The notes: generated by a model not told the origin, from the sequence alone. DNA of 64,000 nt from Eledone cirrhosa (GCA_964016885.1 OZ024747.1:48918001-48982000); one strand, 5' to 3'; shown: positions 28,806 through 44,003, numbered from the stretch's first letter. Made by a program: numbers and translations.

Positions 28806-30258
28806 AAAAGTAATATATAGACAATACATGTATGTTTAGAAAAGTAATATATAGACAATACATGTATGTTTAGATAGTTATATATAGACAATACATGTAT
28901 GTTTAGATAGTTATATATAGACAATACATGTATGTTTAGAAAAGTAATATATAGACAATACATGTATGTTTAGATAGTTATATATAGACAATACATGTAT
29001 GTTTAGAAAAGTAATATATAGACAATACATGTATGTTTAGATAGTTATATATAGACAATACATGTATGTTTAGAAAAGTAATATATAGACAATACATGTA
29101 TGTTTAGATAGTTATATATAGACAATACATGTATGTTTAGAAAAGTAATATATAGACAATACATGTATGTTTAGATAGTTATATATAGACAATACATGTA
29201 TGTTTAGAAAAGTAATATATAGACAATACATGTATGTTTAGATAGTTATATATAGACAATACATGTATGTTTAGAAAAGTAATATATAGACAATACATGT
29301 ATGTTTAGAAAAGTAATATATAGACAATACATGTATGTTTAGATAGTTATATATAGACAATACATGTATGTTTAGAAAAGTAATATATAGACAATACATG
29401 TATGTTTAGATAGTTATATATAGACAATACATGTATGTTTAGAAAAGTAATATATAGACAATACATGTATGTTTAGATAGTTATATATAGACAATACATG
29501 TATGTTTAGAAAAGTAATATATAGACAATACATGTATGTTTAGAAAAGTAATATATAGACAATACATGTATGTTTAGATAGTTATATATAGACAATACAT
29601 GTATGTTTAGAAAAGTAATATATAGACAATACATGTATGTTTAGATAGTTATATATAGACAATACATGTATGTTTAGAAAAGTAATATATAGACAATACA
29701 TGTATGTTTAGATAGTTATATATAGACAATACATGTATGTTTAGAAAAGTAATATATAGACAATACATGTATGTTTAGAAAAGTAATATATAGACAATAC
29801 ATGTATGTTTAGATAGTTATATATAGACAATACATGTATGTTTAGAAAAGTAATATATAGACAATACATGTATGTTTAGATAGTTATATATAGACAATAC
29901 ATGTATGTTTAGAAAAGTAATATATAGACAATACATGTATGTTTAGATAGTTATATATAGACAATACATGTATGTTTAGAAAAGTAATATATAGACAATA
30001 CATGTATGTTTAGAAAAGTAATATATAGACAATACATGTATGTTTAGATAGTTATATATAGACAATACATGTATGTTTAGAAAAGTAATATATAGACAAT
30101 ACATGTATGTTTAGAAAAGTAATATATAGACAATACATGTATGTTTAGATAGTTATATATAGACAATACATGTATGTTTAGAAAAGTAATATATAGACAA
30201 TACATGTATGTTTAGAAAAGTAATATATAGACAATACATGTATGTTTAGCTAGTTATA
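28806..30258 (+). repeat. 33/34-bp minisatellite, 43 full units of two variants
   Basis: A=aaaagtaatatatagacaatacatgtatgtttag (34 bp), B=atagttatatatagacaatacatgtatgtttag (33 bp). Confidence 0.97.
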
Positions 30259-30295
30259 TTATATGTCCAATTATTAACAATTATGATAGAGTGTT

Positions 30296-30483
30296 GGTGG
30301 ATTGGCAGTATCGGTAGAAGGTCGGACACCATGCTTTGCAGTAAAGAGTTACGGCCCTTTATGGTCTGAGTTCAAATCCCGCCGAGGTTAACTTTGCCTT
30401 TCTTCCTTACAGGGTTGATAAAATAAAGTACCAGTAATACACTGGGATAATTGCTGGCCTTGTGCCTAACGTAGAAACAATTA
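30296..30483 (+). mobile_element. tRNA-derived SINE (major family)
   Basis: Same body as 1369-1555. Confidence 0.85.
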
Positions 30484-30619
30484 TGATACAGTGTTGGTAA
30501 GATAATTATAACCCTCTATATATATACATATATATACGTTATTCCGGGTTGAATCGGAGGTAACCACAGTATGTAAGGTACTCAATACATTGCAGAGTAT
30601 AAAAGTTTTAATATAGATG

Positions 30620-30670
30620 AGATTCTACAGGACTAGAACTGTTTCATTCTTTAGAAATCATCAGGAATCT
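30620..30670 (-). ncRNA. Type I hammerhead ribozyme (family C), mirror copy
   Basis: Reverse complement of 30909-30959. Confidence 0.8.
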
Positions 30671-30908
30671 GGGTATCCAAAAATAAATATGGTATTTATA
30701 GGTTTCTTCAGGTGGTAGGAGAGGGTAGGGAGTGGGATGGGTAGAGGTCATTGGTTGATAGAAAAGGGAATTCATTAAAAGCTAATTCTTCAATTAGCTT
30801 TTAATGAATTCCCTTTTCTATCAACCAATGACCTCTACCCATCCCACTCCCTACCCTCTCCTACCACCTGAAGAAACCTATAAATACCATATTTATTTTT
30901 GGATACCC

Positions 30909-30959
30909 AGATTCCTGATGATTTCTAAAGAATGAAACAGTTCTAGTCCTGTAGAATCT
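30909..30959 (+). ncRNA. Type I hammerhead ribozyme (family C)
   Basis: agattc-CTGATGA-tttc(taaa)gaat-GAAA-cag(ttctagtc)ctg-TA-gaatct; GUA site with a true stem III hairpin. Confidence 0.8.
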
Positions 30960-30963
30960 CATC

Positions 30964-31083
<120 letters not shown>

Positions 31084-31094
31084 TACACGGATTA

Positions 31095-31125
<31 letters not shown>

Positions 31126-31728
31126 GATAAAGAGAGAGGGGGAGCGGGGGGTACACACACACATACCCATACCACCATGAACAGTTTACTCTTGCGTGTT
31201 CAGTTGATCCTTCTTCACAGGGGCGAGAAATCGTGCAAGAAATGTATTCATTTACTCATTTATTAAATTAAATACGCCATATCATTTTCATTTAATATTA
31301 TTTTAATTTAATGTAATTTCAACTATAATATTTTATTCCTTTAATATGTTATTCCTTTGATATTCATATTCAGCTGTTTCAACATAATCGTGTTCTTTAT
31401 TAAGGTCCAATCATCAAAATTATGCTATTATGAAAATGGATTTGTGCGCCACTCATAATATCGTTTACAGTAGTCTTAAACTGTGTATTCCCATCGATTA
31501 AAAAGGAGCAGAGAAAAGTATCCCTGGTGAGTCTTTAATGAAATACGAAACCTATCAGTCCGATCCATATAATCAAGCTACCCAAATCCCGATCTTTTTT
31601 CATGCTATAACTAAATATATGTTTATTGAACATATGGAAAGTATTCAATAGGAAAATAGATTTATATATTATATTTCATTGGAAGCTGAAACTTTCCAAT
31701 AAAATTACATACAAATGTAGATACATAC

Positions 31729-31855
<127 letters not shown>

Positions 31856-32253
31856 CTATACATTTGTGCATACATAGATACAGAAATATATGTATACATA
31901 CGCGATAGCTGTTCGGTGGTGTTCGAGGAAGGCCAACAGAGATTAATAAAAACAATCATGTTTCCTTCAGTGACTCAGCACGTTAGTGTCATACATATCC
32001 TTTGTCTGTACGTAGCCATCTGCGTATCTAACATCAGTATGAAGAAGTGTATTCTGATGTACAGTACCCATGGTTTTTAATTCACCTAATATCAAACGAA
32101 ACTGCAGTCATGGCGATATTAACAGTGAAGCTGGTTTATTTTAGACGGCTCTGCTGGGAATCTCCCATGGTAAACTTTGTAAAATTTACTCTATTTTTCC
32201 ATATAATTCTCCAAGTGGTATTTTTAGCTATCATTTATTGAGATTTTCAGTAT

Positions 32254-32327
<74 letters not shown>

Positions 32328-32457
32328 GGAAAGTTATATTTAAAATTGTTGGGTTACAACTAGTAAATATTTATAACTGATATAAAAGCACTCGACAAAT
32401 ACTTGGAGTATATTTACAATATTAAATAAATGGAAACTATATTTATAAAACCATATC

Positions 32458-32523
32458 TATTTCATTATATATATTTCGGGGATATCATATTAACAATATG
32501 CTATGCCTTCCTCAGACAAAATA
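32458..32523 (-). ncRNA. Minimal type I hammerhead ribozyme (family B), mirror copy
   Basis: Reverse complement of 32673-32738. Confidence 0.72.
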
Positions 32524-32672
32524 CAATATAAACAGTTTTATATATAAATAGATTCGACATACCGTAATAACACCGACTTGCATTTGGAGAGGTTCTGTTT
32601 TAACCTCTCCAAATGCAAGTCGGTGTTATTACGGTATGTCGAATCTATTTATATATAAAACTGTTTATATTG

Positions 32673-32738
32673 TATTTTGTCTGAGGAAGGCATAGCATAT
32701 TGTTAATATGATATCCCCGAAATATATATAATGAAATA
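32673..32738 (+). ncRNA. Minimal type I hammerhead ribozyme (family B)
   Basis: tattttgt-CTGAGGA-aggcatagcatatt..aatatgatatcccc-GAAA-tatata-TA-atgaaata. Confidence 0.72.
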
Positions 32739-32806
32739 GATATGGTTTTATAAATATAGTTTCCATTTATTTAATATTATATATATATATATATATCTAT
32801 ATATAT

Positions 32807-32890
<84 letters not shown>

Positions 32891-33041
32891 ACACGGGTGT
32901 GTATGATTGTGTATAGAAGATTATATTAATAAAAGGAATTCCAACTTTGTCTGATTTACTCGTTTTATTTACAATCCTTTAAAATTTATAATGGTATTAG
33001 AATGAAATAGTATGGTAGAATATTAAATGTTAAGTATTAAT

Positions 33042-33080
33042 TGAACAAGTACTTTCATGCTTTCGCAATCTTCAGGTTCA
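33042..33080 (-). ncRNA. Minimal hammerhead ribozyme (family G)
   Basis: Minus strand tgaac-CTGAAGA-ttgc(gaaa)gcat-GAAA-gtac-TT-gttca. Confidence 0.7.
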
Positions 33081-33119
33081 TATTCAATGGTGACAGTCAG
33101 TGGTGACAGCAATTTTCAA

Positions 33120-33176
<57 letters not shown>

Positions 33177-33180
33177 GTTG

Positions 33181-33892
33181 GAAAAGAAATCGAAATGCAA
33201 CTGGAGTCTTTTTAAGAATATTTATTTGTTTCCTTTACCGGTTTCACAGTTCTTATGCTTTTCAAAAGTAGAATTGAGATATATATCTCTATTTTCTACC
33301 CTGTTGCCACCACCACCACCACTATCGACACAAACATTTAATTTATTTCAATAGAAAGTCTGAATTTTAACACCTCAGCACATCAGCCATACTCACTGAG
33401 CCAGAACGATTTCTCCCCCTCCATTTTCTTGACCATTATCTTTTATTTGGCACAAAACTCTCTATGACAAATCAAGTGACTGTGAAAATAACAATAAAGA
33501 ACCCTCAAACGCGAACTGGCGCGAAAGTTGATGTACTTATTCACGCGACAGTCATCAATCAACCAAATTTCACTTATATATAAAAAAATTAAAAAAACAT
33601 TTTTAAAGGCGAATACAATAAGAACTTTGTAACGCAAGATGGCGTGAAAAATATTATATTATTCACGTGGCAGTCATCAACCAACCAAATTAGTTTTTTT
33701 TAAACCTAGCGATTCGAGCCACTTTTTTCCACATAAAACAGAAGTAACTTTCGAACACCAACCAGATGCGCGAAAAACCACAAACCCTCCATCTCAATTC
33801 TACTTTTGAAAAGCATAAGAACTGTGAAACCGGTAAAGAAAACAAATAAAAATTCTTAAAAAGACTCCAGTTGCATTTTCGATTTCTTTTCC
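33181..33892. repeat. ~100-bp inverted repeats (33181-33280 and 33790-33892) around a 0.5-kb spacer
   Basis: Arms are reverse complements and contain GAAA-ccgg-TA with a decayed core (ttgaaaa). Confidence 0.8.
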
Positions 33893-33951
33893 TTATACTT
33901 TCACTCGTGTAGGACATCTCGTTTTTTTTATTTAAAAAACAACCTCATTTT

Positions 33952-34006
<55 letters not shown>

Positions 34007-34181
34007 ATTTGAAGAACTCAGCGCAAGGAAGCTGTTGGAACAGAAAATTGCCGTCAATGGCGGCGTGTCGGGTAAAATTTAGCTCAAAGGATAGAAATCA
34101 GTGTCTAGAAGTGTGTTGGCTCGTAGAAGAGAAAGGAAAAAATGAGAAAGTGATAAAATAGTCGAGAGGGGATCTCACAAA

Positions 34182-34712
34182 CATTAAATTTTCTCATCAG
34201 CTTTTAGACCACCTGTGGTTTCCACAATTTAATTAAAGGGACCACGTAAGATAGACGGCTCGTAATAACGGAGAAATAAATATCTCTGTTAGTATAATGT
34301 TTGTGGGAGAAACGAATACATTGATATGCAGACGGGTAGGTCAGAGAGAGAGAGAGAATGAAGTGCATCCACTCGGCTTTGAGTCGCTGTAAGAGAGGAG
34401 AAAACAATGGCTCCTAAGCAAAAGGGATGTGTATGAGCGGTGGCTAGGTGAAGGGAGAAATAAAGAAAAGAAGCAGTGGGAGAGCCATTGTTTTGCTCTT
34501 TCTTGTAGTTACTCGAAGCCGAGTGGACGAACTTTATTCTTCTCTCACTCTGACCTGTCCGTCTGCCTATCATTCTATTCGTTTCTCCCACAAACATTAT
34601 ACCAACAGAGATACATATTTGTCCGTTGTTACGAGCCGTCTATCTTGCGTGGTCCTTTTAGTTAAATCGTCGAAACCACAGTTGGTCTAAAAAGAGATGA
34701 GAACATTTAATG
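34182..34712. repeat. Diverged inverted repeat with ~230-bp arms
   Basis: 34182-34412 and 34481-34712 are reverse complements with many substitutions. Confidence 0.85.
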
Positions 34713-34799
34713 ACTTTAGATATACGAAATTCACATACATGTGTGCATACAGCTATGTCGAAGCTAAATTTTAATTTACTATATAAGTATGTATGTACG

Positions 34800-34866
<67 letters not shown>

Positions 34867-35172
34867 TTTGGGATATAGCCTCATTTACCTTGCGGACACT
34901 GTATATATCTTGTATTTATAGAGTGCAAATCAACCCCCCAAAACAATTACTCCTGATAATGAATTATATGAAATTGAGAAATAAAACCCCACGTTAAATG
35001 CATTTTTGTTTATAAATGACTCGTGTCCATTATTCAACCACCAATAGATGAGTTTATAGAGTACAGGAGTGTGTATATATGTGTGTCTGTGAGTATAAAT
35101 TACAGTGTATATAAATTAATCATACATTCAGTTTTTATATTTACCTATTTGTGGCCATGTACTCGAACTTTT

Positions 35173-35315
<143 letters not shown>

Positions 35316-35404
35316 TGACAGCTTGTAAGATATTTTGCTATAACGCTCCGATTCTGTGAATTCTGTGAAACCTAATCAAATCTATGAAACCCGAGAAATT
35401 GCCG

Positions 35405-35510
<106 letters not shown>

Positions 35511-35560
35511 AACTAAAATAAATAAATAAGTCAAATATTTAAAATTTCGCTTCGTTTATT

Positions 35561-35615
35561 ACTGCTATATATATTTCGGTGACAGCCATCTTTGGCTGTG
35601 ACCTCTTCAGGCAGT
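35561..35615 (-). ncRNA. Minimal type I hammerhead ribozyme (family E)
   Basis: Minus strand actgc-CTGAAGA-ggtcacagcca(aaga)tggctgtcacc-GAAA-tatata-TA-gcagt. Confidence 0.85.
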
Positions 35616-35904
35616 CCGAATTAGTGTGGTAGAGACGGGTACACATGTTGTTGAGGTGTTTAACTTCGTCAATACTCCGATATGTCCAGTTCCTGGTTGG
35701 GTTGTCATTTCACTGAAGAACTAGAATCACACACTATATATATATATATAGTGTGTGTGTATAATGTATGTGTATAATGTGTATGTGAATACACATATGC
35801 ACACAATCACATACCCACACACACACACATATATATATATACAGAGAGAGAGAGGGAAGGGGGAGAGAGAGGGAGAAAGAGACAAACTAACATACCGATA
35901 TACA

Positions 35905-36093
35905 TAATTGTTTCTACTTTAGGCACAAGGCCAGCAATTATCCAGTGCATGTTTGGTACTTTATTTTATCGACCCCGTAAGGATGAAAGGCAAAGTCAAC
36001 CTCGGCGGGATTTGAACTCAGATCGTAAAGGGACGTAACTATGCTGGAAAGCATGGCGTCCGACCTTCTACCGATACTGCCAATCCACCGCCC
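35905..36093 (-). mobile_element. tRNA-derived SINE (major family), full length
   Basis: Reverse complement of the SINE. Confidence 0.88.
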
Positions 36094-36109
36094 GTAAGAT
36101 ATACATAAT

Positions 36110-36148
<39 letters not shown>

Positions 36149-36393
36149 GAATTTATACGGTGTGAGGTAAAAATGTTAGCTTCCTAACCACACGGATTGT
36201 GATTCCGTTTCAATGTATGGTCCCTTTATCAAATGGTCTCCTTGGATCCTTGGATAGTGAGAGAAACTGGTATTCGGAAGCTGGGCTGAGGACCATTGAA
36301 CATACATATATATGTATATGTACATACATACATATATATGTATATGTACATACATACATATATATGTATATGTACATACATACATATATATAT

Positions 36394-36519
36394 ATAGGAA
36401 CAAGTATGACTCCGACGGCAGAGCTCAAGCCGTTTCGACGGCTATTTCTATTTCTATTAGTCCAGAAATAGCCGTCGAAACGGCTTGAGCTCTGCCGTCG
36501 GAGTCATACTTGTTCCTAT
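36394..36519. repeat. Hairpin made of a hammerhead 3' half; related copies at ~15790, 22038-22131, 41335, 50560, 62815
   Basis: Arm reads gtc-GAAA-cggc(ttgagctct)gccg-TC-ggagtca; the 5' core is absent. Confidence 0.7.
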
Positions 36520-36596
36520 TACCCACTCTACTACCCTAAATATTGAGTACTTTGGTGCGTTATGGACCATCTGATTCCTTACCACAATTCCTTCGT

Positions 36597-36655
<59 letters not shown>

Positions 36656-36790
36656 GTAGAATTTGTATTTAATTTGTTGGAATTCCGACAAACATAAATG
36701 CTTATAACTGATTTAGAGCACTCAACAAGTTAGTGGTGTAAATATTCCAAGATATTAAATAAATGAAAACTATATTTATAAAACGATATT

Positions 36791-36855
36791 TATTTTATTA
36801 TATATATTTCAAAGGCAACCAAGGCAACCTTGGTGCGCTTTCATCAGATAAAATA
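36791..36855 (-). ncRNA. Minimal type I hammerhead ribozyme (family B), mirror copy
   Basis: Reverse complement of 36927-36982 with a duplicated aaggcaacc. Confidence 0.72.
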
Positions 36856-36926
36856 CAAAGTGAGTTTTATAAATAAAGACATATCCATGATAATCAAACC
36901 TTATCGGTCGGAAATTCACTGGATAG

Positions 36927-36982
36927 TATTTTATCTGATGAAAGCGCACCAAGGTTGCCCTTGAAATATATATAATAAAATA
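36927..36982 (+). ncRNA. Minimal type I hammerhead ribozyme (family B)
   Basis: tattttat-CTGATGA-aagcgcacc(aa)ggttgccctt-GAAA-tatata-TA-ataaaata. Confidence 0.78.
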
Positions 36983-37027
36983 AATATGGTTTTAAAAAAT
37001 ATAGTTTCCATTTATTTAATATCTTGG

Positions 37028-37179
<152 letters not shown>

Positions 37180-37365
37180 GTTACATTTGGGGAGGGTCAT
37201 ATTGTTATAATATTGCGAGAAATAATAATAAAGCACATTCACTGTTTGGTTTGAATTGGTTTTCGCTTCTGTATATTTTATATCCCTATAGTTAATTCAG
37301 CTGGCAATCAATGTTTACCATTGATTGACCAATGATTAAAAATATAGATATAAATAAATAAATAA

Positions 37366-37473
<108 letters not shown>

Positions 37474-37587
37474 ATATATACTCCGGTGTGTTTGTGTGTG
37501 TGTTTTCACCATAACTTCAATAGCTAAAATGACTCCCATACGAAGATGGAATGGATGGACTAAAGCCATACGGACACCCAAGAACAA

Positions 37588-38991
37588 CCATCACATGAGA
37601 CAAATGATCGCACATGCCGTAGGGGCTAGTATTAAAACTACCCTAAAGGGCCACATGTTTAAATTTAATGAGAAACTTTCCACCCAGAATGAGGGAGCAG
37701 CCATTGGCGTCAGCATAGCTGGCGATGTTGCCAATCTATTTATGGTATGGTGGGAAAGGAGACTCAGAGAACTCCTAGAAGAGAACGCCATAGCCCTCGT
37801 TATGTACTCTCGTTACGTAGATGATATCAGTATAGTAATAAAAACACCCCCACAAGAGAGTACCACTAAAACTGAATGAGAAAATAACACAATGGAAAGC
37901 ATCCAGCAAATAGCTGACTCCATACACCAGAGCATGACAGTAACTGTTGACTACACTTCCAAACACCCTAACAATAGACTACCAGTCTTAGACACTGAAC
38001 TCTGATTAAACACTATAAACAAGAAAACCCAAATTCTCCACTCACATTATGCTAATCTCATTGCCTCCAAATACTTTATACACAAAAACTCAGCGAGTTT
38101 AATATTCTGACCGCAGCCTTGGTAAGAGTGATGAAGAATGTATCGCTCATGTGCGATCCTGAAATGGAAAGACTCATACGACACACCATCAATCGCATGC
38201 AGTTCTCTGGCTACAACCAAAGAGGTGTACAAGGGAACCACGGAGAAATATAAGACCCTCGTAGAGATGGACATGAAAGGGATTTGCCGATTGTACAGTA
38301 GCAAATAATGGAACCGCATAGATAGGACTAAACATAAGATAGGGAATGCCACTTCATGGTACGACAACCAGAGATGCCAGAGTGTCGTGTTTATGGATGC
38401 AACCTCTGGAGGGAAATTAGCTAACCAATTTAGAAAGGCCTTAAGAAGGACGCAATTAAATATTAAAGTGGTAGAAAAGCCAGGAACTACAATAAAATCC
38501 CTGATTAGCAAAATCCACTGTACTAATAAGAAAAGTGTTATATGTAGAATAAATCCACAAGTAAATTGTAAAACTAGGGAAAGGAATAGACCAAGCATGG
38601 GGTGAACTAAAAGGACAAAAAGACAGTTCGGTACTATATGAACACGCCAGACAAAGACATGATGGTAATATAGACAACATAGAAATTAAAATAATATCTA
38701 AACACAGAGATGACTCAACAGGTAGACAAATCAGAGAAGCTACTGAAAAAGAACTAAGAAAACCGAAGTTGAACAGAAAAAATAAATGGAATAACAACAA
38801 CAACCATACACAGACACACAATACTGACCTAACATAAATATAAATAAATATACACAGGTACAATAACAGCAACCATACATAAACACACACTAGTGAACAA
38901 AGATAGAATACAAACACACACAGACTCAGACACGAACACACACACACCGAACAAAAACACACACAAACGCATGCGCAATCAGAGATAAGAA

Positions 38992-39034
<43 letters not shown>

Positions 39035-39130
39035 AAATAAAAATGGAATAGACATTGCAATACAACGGGGGGGAAACATAAATGTACTACTGAGATGTCA
39101 CAGGTGTGCGATGAAAGAACTTTGATAGAC
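37588..39130 (+). pseudogene. Penelope-like element: decayed RT, linker, GIY-YIG C-terminus and pseudo-LTR
   Basis: QNEGAAIGVSIAGDVANLFM, YSRYVDDI, LPVLD, MQFSGY, KVVEKPG, EHARQRH..RQIREA..PKLNRK; decayed hammerhead at ~39085-39125. Confidence 0.9.
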
Positions 39131-39152
39131 TATATATATATTTATATCTATA

Positions 39153-40045
39153 CTAGGAGCGGTACCCGGCGTTGCACGGGATAAGGTATTTTGGAACGTG
39201 GGCCGCCAAAACTGCATGCCCGGACAATATGTAAAGAAAATAAACCGAATACTCTGATGGCTGGATAATCTTTAAGATTTTACTCGATGAAGCAGGAAAA
39301 ATGCAGGTTTTCACTTAGGGGATCAAGAAAGTGAATTTTGTTTATGTACATAATATGCCTTGAAATTTCTGGAAAATCGGCTAGACGTAACTCCCAAAAA
39401 AGCCCTAAAAGGCTAAAAAAATTAGGTTTTTCACCTAATGCGGGCCCTAGGCCATAAAAAGGTTGGATTTTCTTTTCTCACGGTATGAAGAAGAGACTGA
39501 CTAATACATAGTTACAATTTCAAGGAAGTCGGTCTGACGTAACGCCTCAAAAAAACCCTAAAAATCTACGCAGTTTTACACCTAATGCGGGCACTAGGGG
39601 ATCAAAAAGTTTAATTTTTTATGTGCATACACTCCCTGAAACATGACTAATACACATGTAAAGTTTGAAAAAAGTCGCTTGGGTACTTCTCGAGTTTTAG
39701 GGATTCAAACTCAGACACACACACACACACAGACAGACATCCTCAGGGATTTGACGTAATGCAGACAGCCAGACATACAGACATATATTATAAGGGCGCG
39801 ACATTATATGTATGTATCTATCTAAAAAGAGAAAGAGTAAGAATTATAGAGAGAGATCGCTAAATCGCCTAATGCGATTGGAAATTTGGACATTGAAAAT
39901 TTGAAATTGTTTTTGCTCAGAGCACTCCCTGAAACATAAGTATTACATGTGTAAAGTTTGAAAACAGTCGGTAGGGTGCTTCTCGAGTTTTAGAATTCAA
40001 ACTCACACACACACAGACAGACATCCTCAGTTTTATATATAGAGA
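39153..40045 (-). mobile_element. Non-autonomous Helitron
   Basis: Minus strand starts A|TC(tctatatataaaa) and ends CTAG|T with hairpin cccg-tgcaacgc-cggg; internal subrepeats. Confidence 0.85.
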
Positions 40046-40299
40046 TTATTAGCCGTTGTTCAATCAATGAGACACATTGATTGCCAGATAAATTAACTAT
40101 GGAGATATAAAAGATACAGAAGTGAAAACACATCCAAACCAAACAGTGAGTGTATTTTATTATTATTTCTGGCAATATTATAACAATATGACCGTCCCTA
40201 AGAATAACAATATTTGTTTCAACACGCGATTTCATATTAAAAAAAACTTGCAAAACAAAAACAAATATTGTTATACTTTGGGAGGGTCATGTTGCCAAA

Positions 40300-40336
<37 letters not shown>

Positions 40337-40397
40337 TTACAGATAATATTGATGTAATTCAATTCAAGCACATGGGGTAAATGGAGTATATTTAGAA

Positions 40398-40726
40398 TAA
40401 GAAAATGCGAAGTAGTTTCAGATTTTAAAGTCCTTTATTGATGATGCTGTGATACATATTTCAATGACGACAGTGGCCACACGATTCCGTGTACCCAGTG
40501 CCGTGACATCATCAGACAGATTCTAACATAATAAGGTTACGTACCCGAGGCAATCCAAAATGAAACAACGTCCGTTCCCCAGGGGAACGGACCTTATCAC
40601 GTAAGAAGCTGTCTGATGCTGTCATGGCACTGGGTACACGGAATCGTGTGGTCACTGTCGTCATTGAAATATGTATCAGAGCATTATCAATAAAGGACTT
40701 TAACATCTGAAACTTCTTCGCATTTT

Positions 40727-40730
<4 letters not shown>
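40398..40730. repeat. Inverted repeat (family F) with an internal 11-bp hairpin at 40570-40592
   Basis: Arms are reverse complements with several substitutions. Confidence 0.88.
40447..40519 (-). ncRNA. Type I hammerhead ribozyme with extended stem II (family F)
   Basis: Minus strand ctgt-CTGATGA-tgtcacggca..tgtcgtcatt-GAAA-tatgta-TC-acag; mirror copy at 40609-40681 has CTGATGC. Confidence 0.72.
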
Positions 40731-40823
<93 letters not shown>

Positions 40824-41157
40824 GCATTAATAGCATATAGTAGCTCATCCTCAGATCGTTACTTCGTTTTATAGAATGTTTTGCGGAATTTGTTCTAGTT
40901 CCTGCGCTCTGAATTAAAAACCTCACTGAGGTCAAATTGACATTTCAACATTTCGAGATTGATATTAAAAAATTTCCATTCCAGTATTCGATTCGACTCT
41001 TTCTCTATAACTGTTTCTCACTTCCTCTCTCTGATTCTTCATCTGCCATTCACTGGAAGAAATCGGCTGTGTCCAATTTCGGAGAGAGATGGGTTCCACC
41101 AGCGTTAAATTCCCAAGATGTGCGTCAGGATGGCGCCCATACAACTCCACTAGCAGA

Positions 41158-41227
<70 letters not shown>

Positions 41228-41528
41228 GTTTATGCCTACGCAATTACATAAAATTTAATAAATCCAACTCTTTATTTTTATTGCATACATGTAACTGCGT
41301 AGGCATAAACGTGCATATATATATGTGCACGTTTGTCGAAATGGCAGGAGCTCAGCCGTCGGGGTCCTGACTCTTTTCGTATATATATATATGTGTGTGT
41401 AGATAAATCTACCAAAATATACGGTAGTGTACAATCCGTATGAAGAACTCAATGTAATCCAAATATCATGAAAAGAGAAGATGCATTCAAAAATTTTCGA
41501 TGAAAATCATAGGAAAACAGAGTCAAGA

Positions 41529-42945
<1,417 letters not shown>

Positions 42946-43806
42946 AGTTCGACTATTCACTAATATTTTACATTTATTTTTTTAAAATAGACTTTAAAAG
43001 TTTCGACAAAGTTTTGTCAGAATTAAATTTAACATATAAACGTTACATAGATTTTAACATATAAATATTTCATAGATTTTAACATAAAAACAGCATTGTT
43101 ATATTACATTCATAAATGAATAGATAAACGTATGTATGCTTGTATGTGTATGTATCTACTTATGTATTTATGTATGTATCTATGTGTATATGTATGTATG
43201 GATGTACATACATATACGCATTCGCACGTGTGTATGTATGCATATCAGTATGCATACACATACACACTTATATATATGTGTATATATATATATGTGTGTG
43301 TGTGTGAGAGACATGTATGTATGTATGTGTACAGTAGTTATGAATAGGTCGTTGGTCTGTAGTTATAATGCACAAATGAATATAGCGGACGTGTCATTAG
43401 TGATTTACAAAAACACTGTATAAATTGAATTAAGGCTGCGTGTTAATACTTTGCTGAGATTCATACATATGTAAAGTCAGCAAATATTCTTGCGAATTTA
43501 TAGAAATATTCATAGCATGTATGTATATATATAAATAAATACGTACATACATATGTACATACATACATATATACATGATGGCTGCCCCCTCGTTATCGAG
43601 TATGACCATTGCACGATATAACATTATTAATAATTATTAATTAAATATACATATACATATATCCATACATATATACATACATAAATATATATATACATAA
43701 ATATATATACATATATATATACATATATACATACATAAATATATATATACATATATGATGGCTGCCCCCTCGTTATCGAGTATGGCCATTGCACGAGAAA
43801 AAAAAA

Positions 43807-43881
<75 letters not shown>

Positions 43882-44003
43882 AAATAAAAAAATTAAAAAA
43901 AAATTAAAAAAATAATATATATATATATATACATACATACATATATACATACACACATACATACACATACACACACACATATACACACACATACATTAAT
44001 AAC

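Larger units (their letters stand above)
32418..32778. repeat. Palindrome with ~177-bp arms and a 7-nt loop (family B pseudo-LTR)
   Basis: Centre 32595-32601; arms are reverse complements. Confidence 0.92.
36747..37027. repeat. Inverted repeat of family B pseudo-LTR with a ~70-nt spacer
   Basis: Arms are reverse complements; the left arm has a small internal duplication in stem II. Confidence 0.88.

Noticed and set aside
28806-30258. CRISPR-like array (33-34 bp period)
   Set aside because: Contiguous tandem units of two variants with no spacers.
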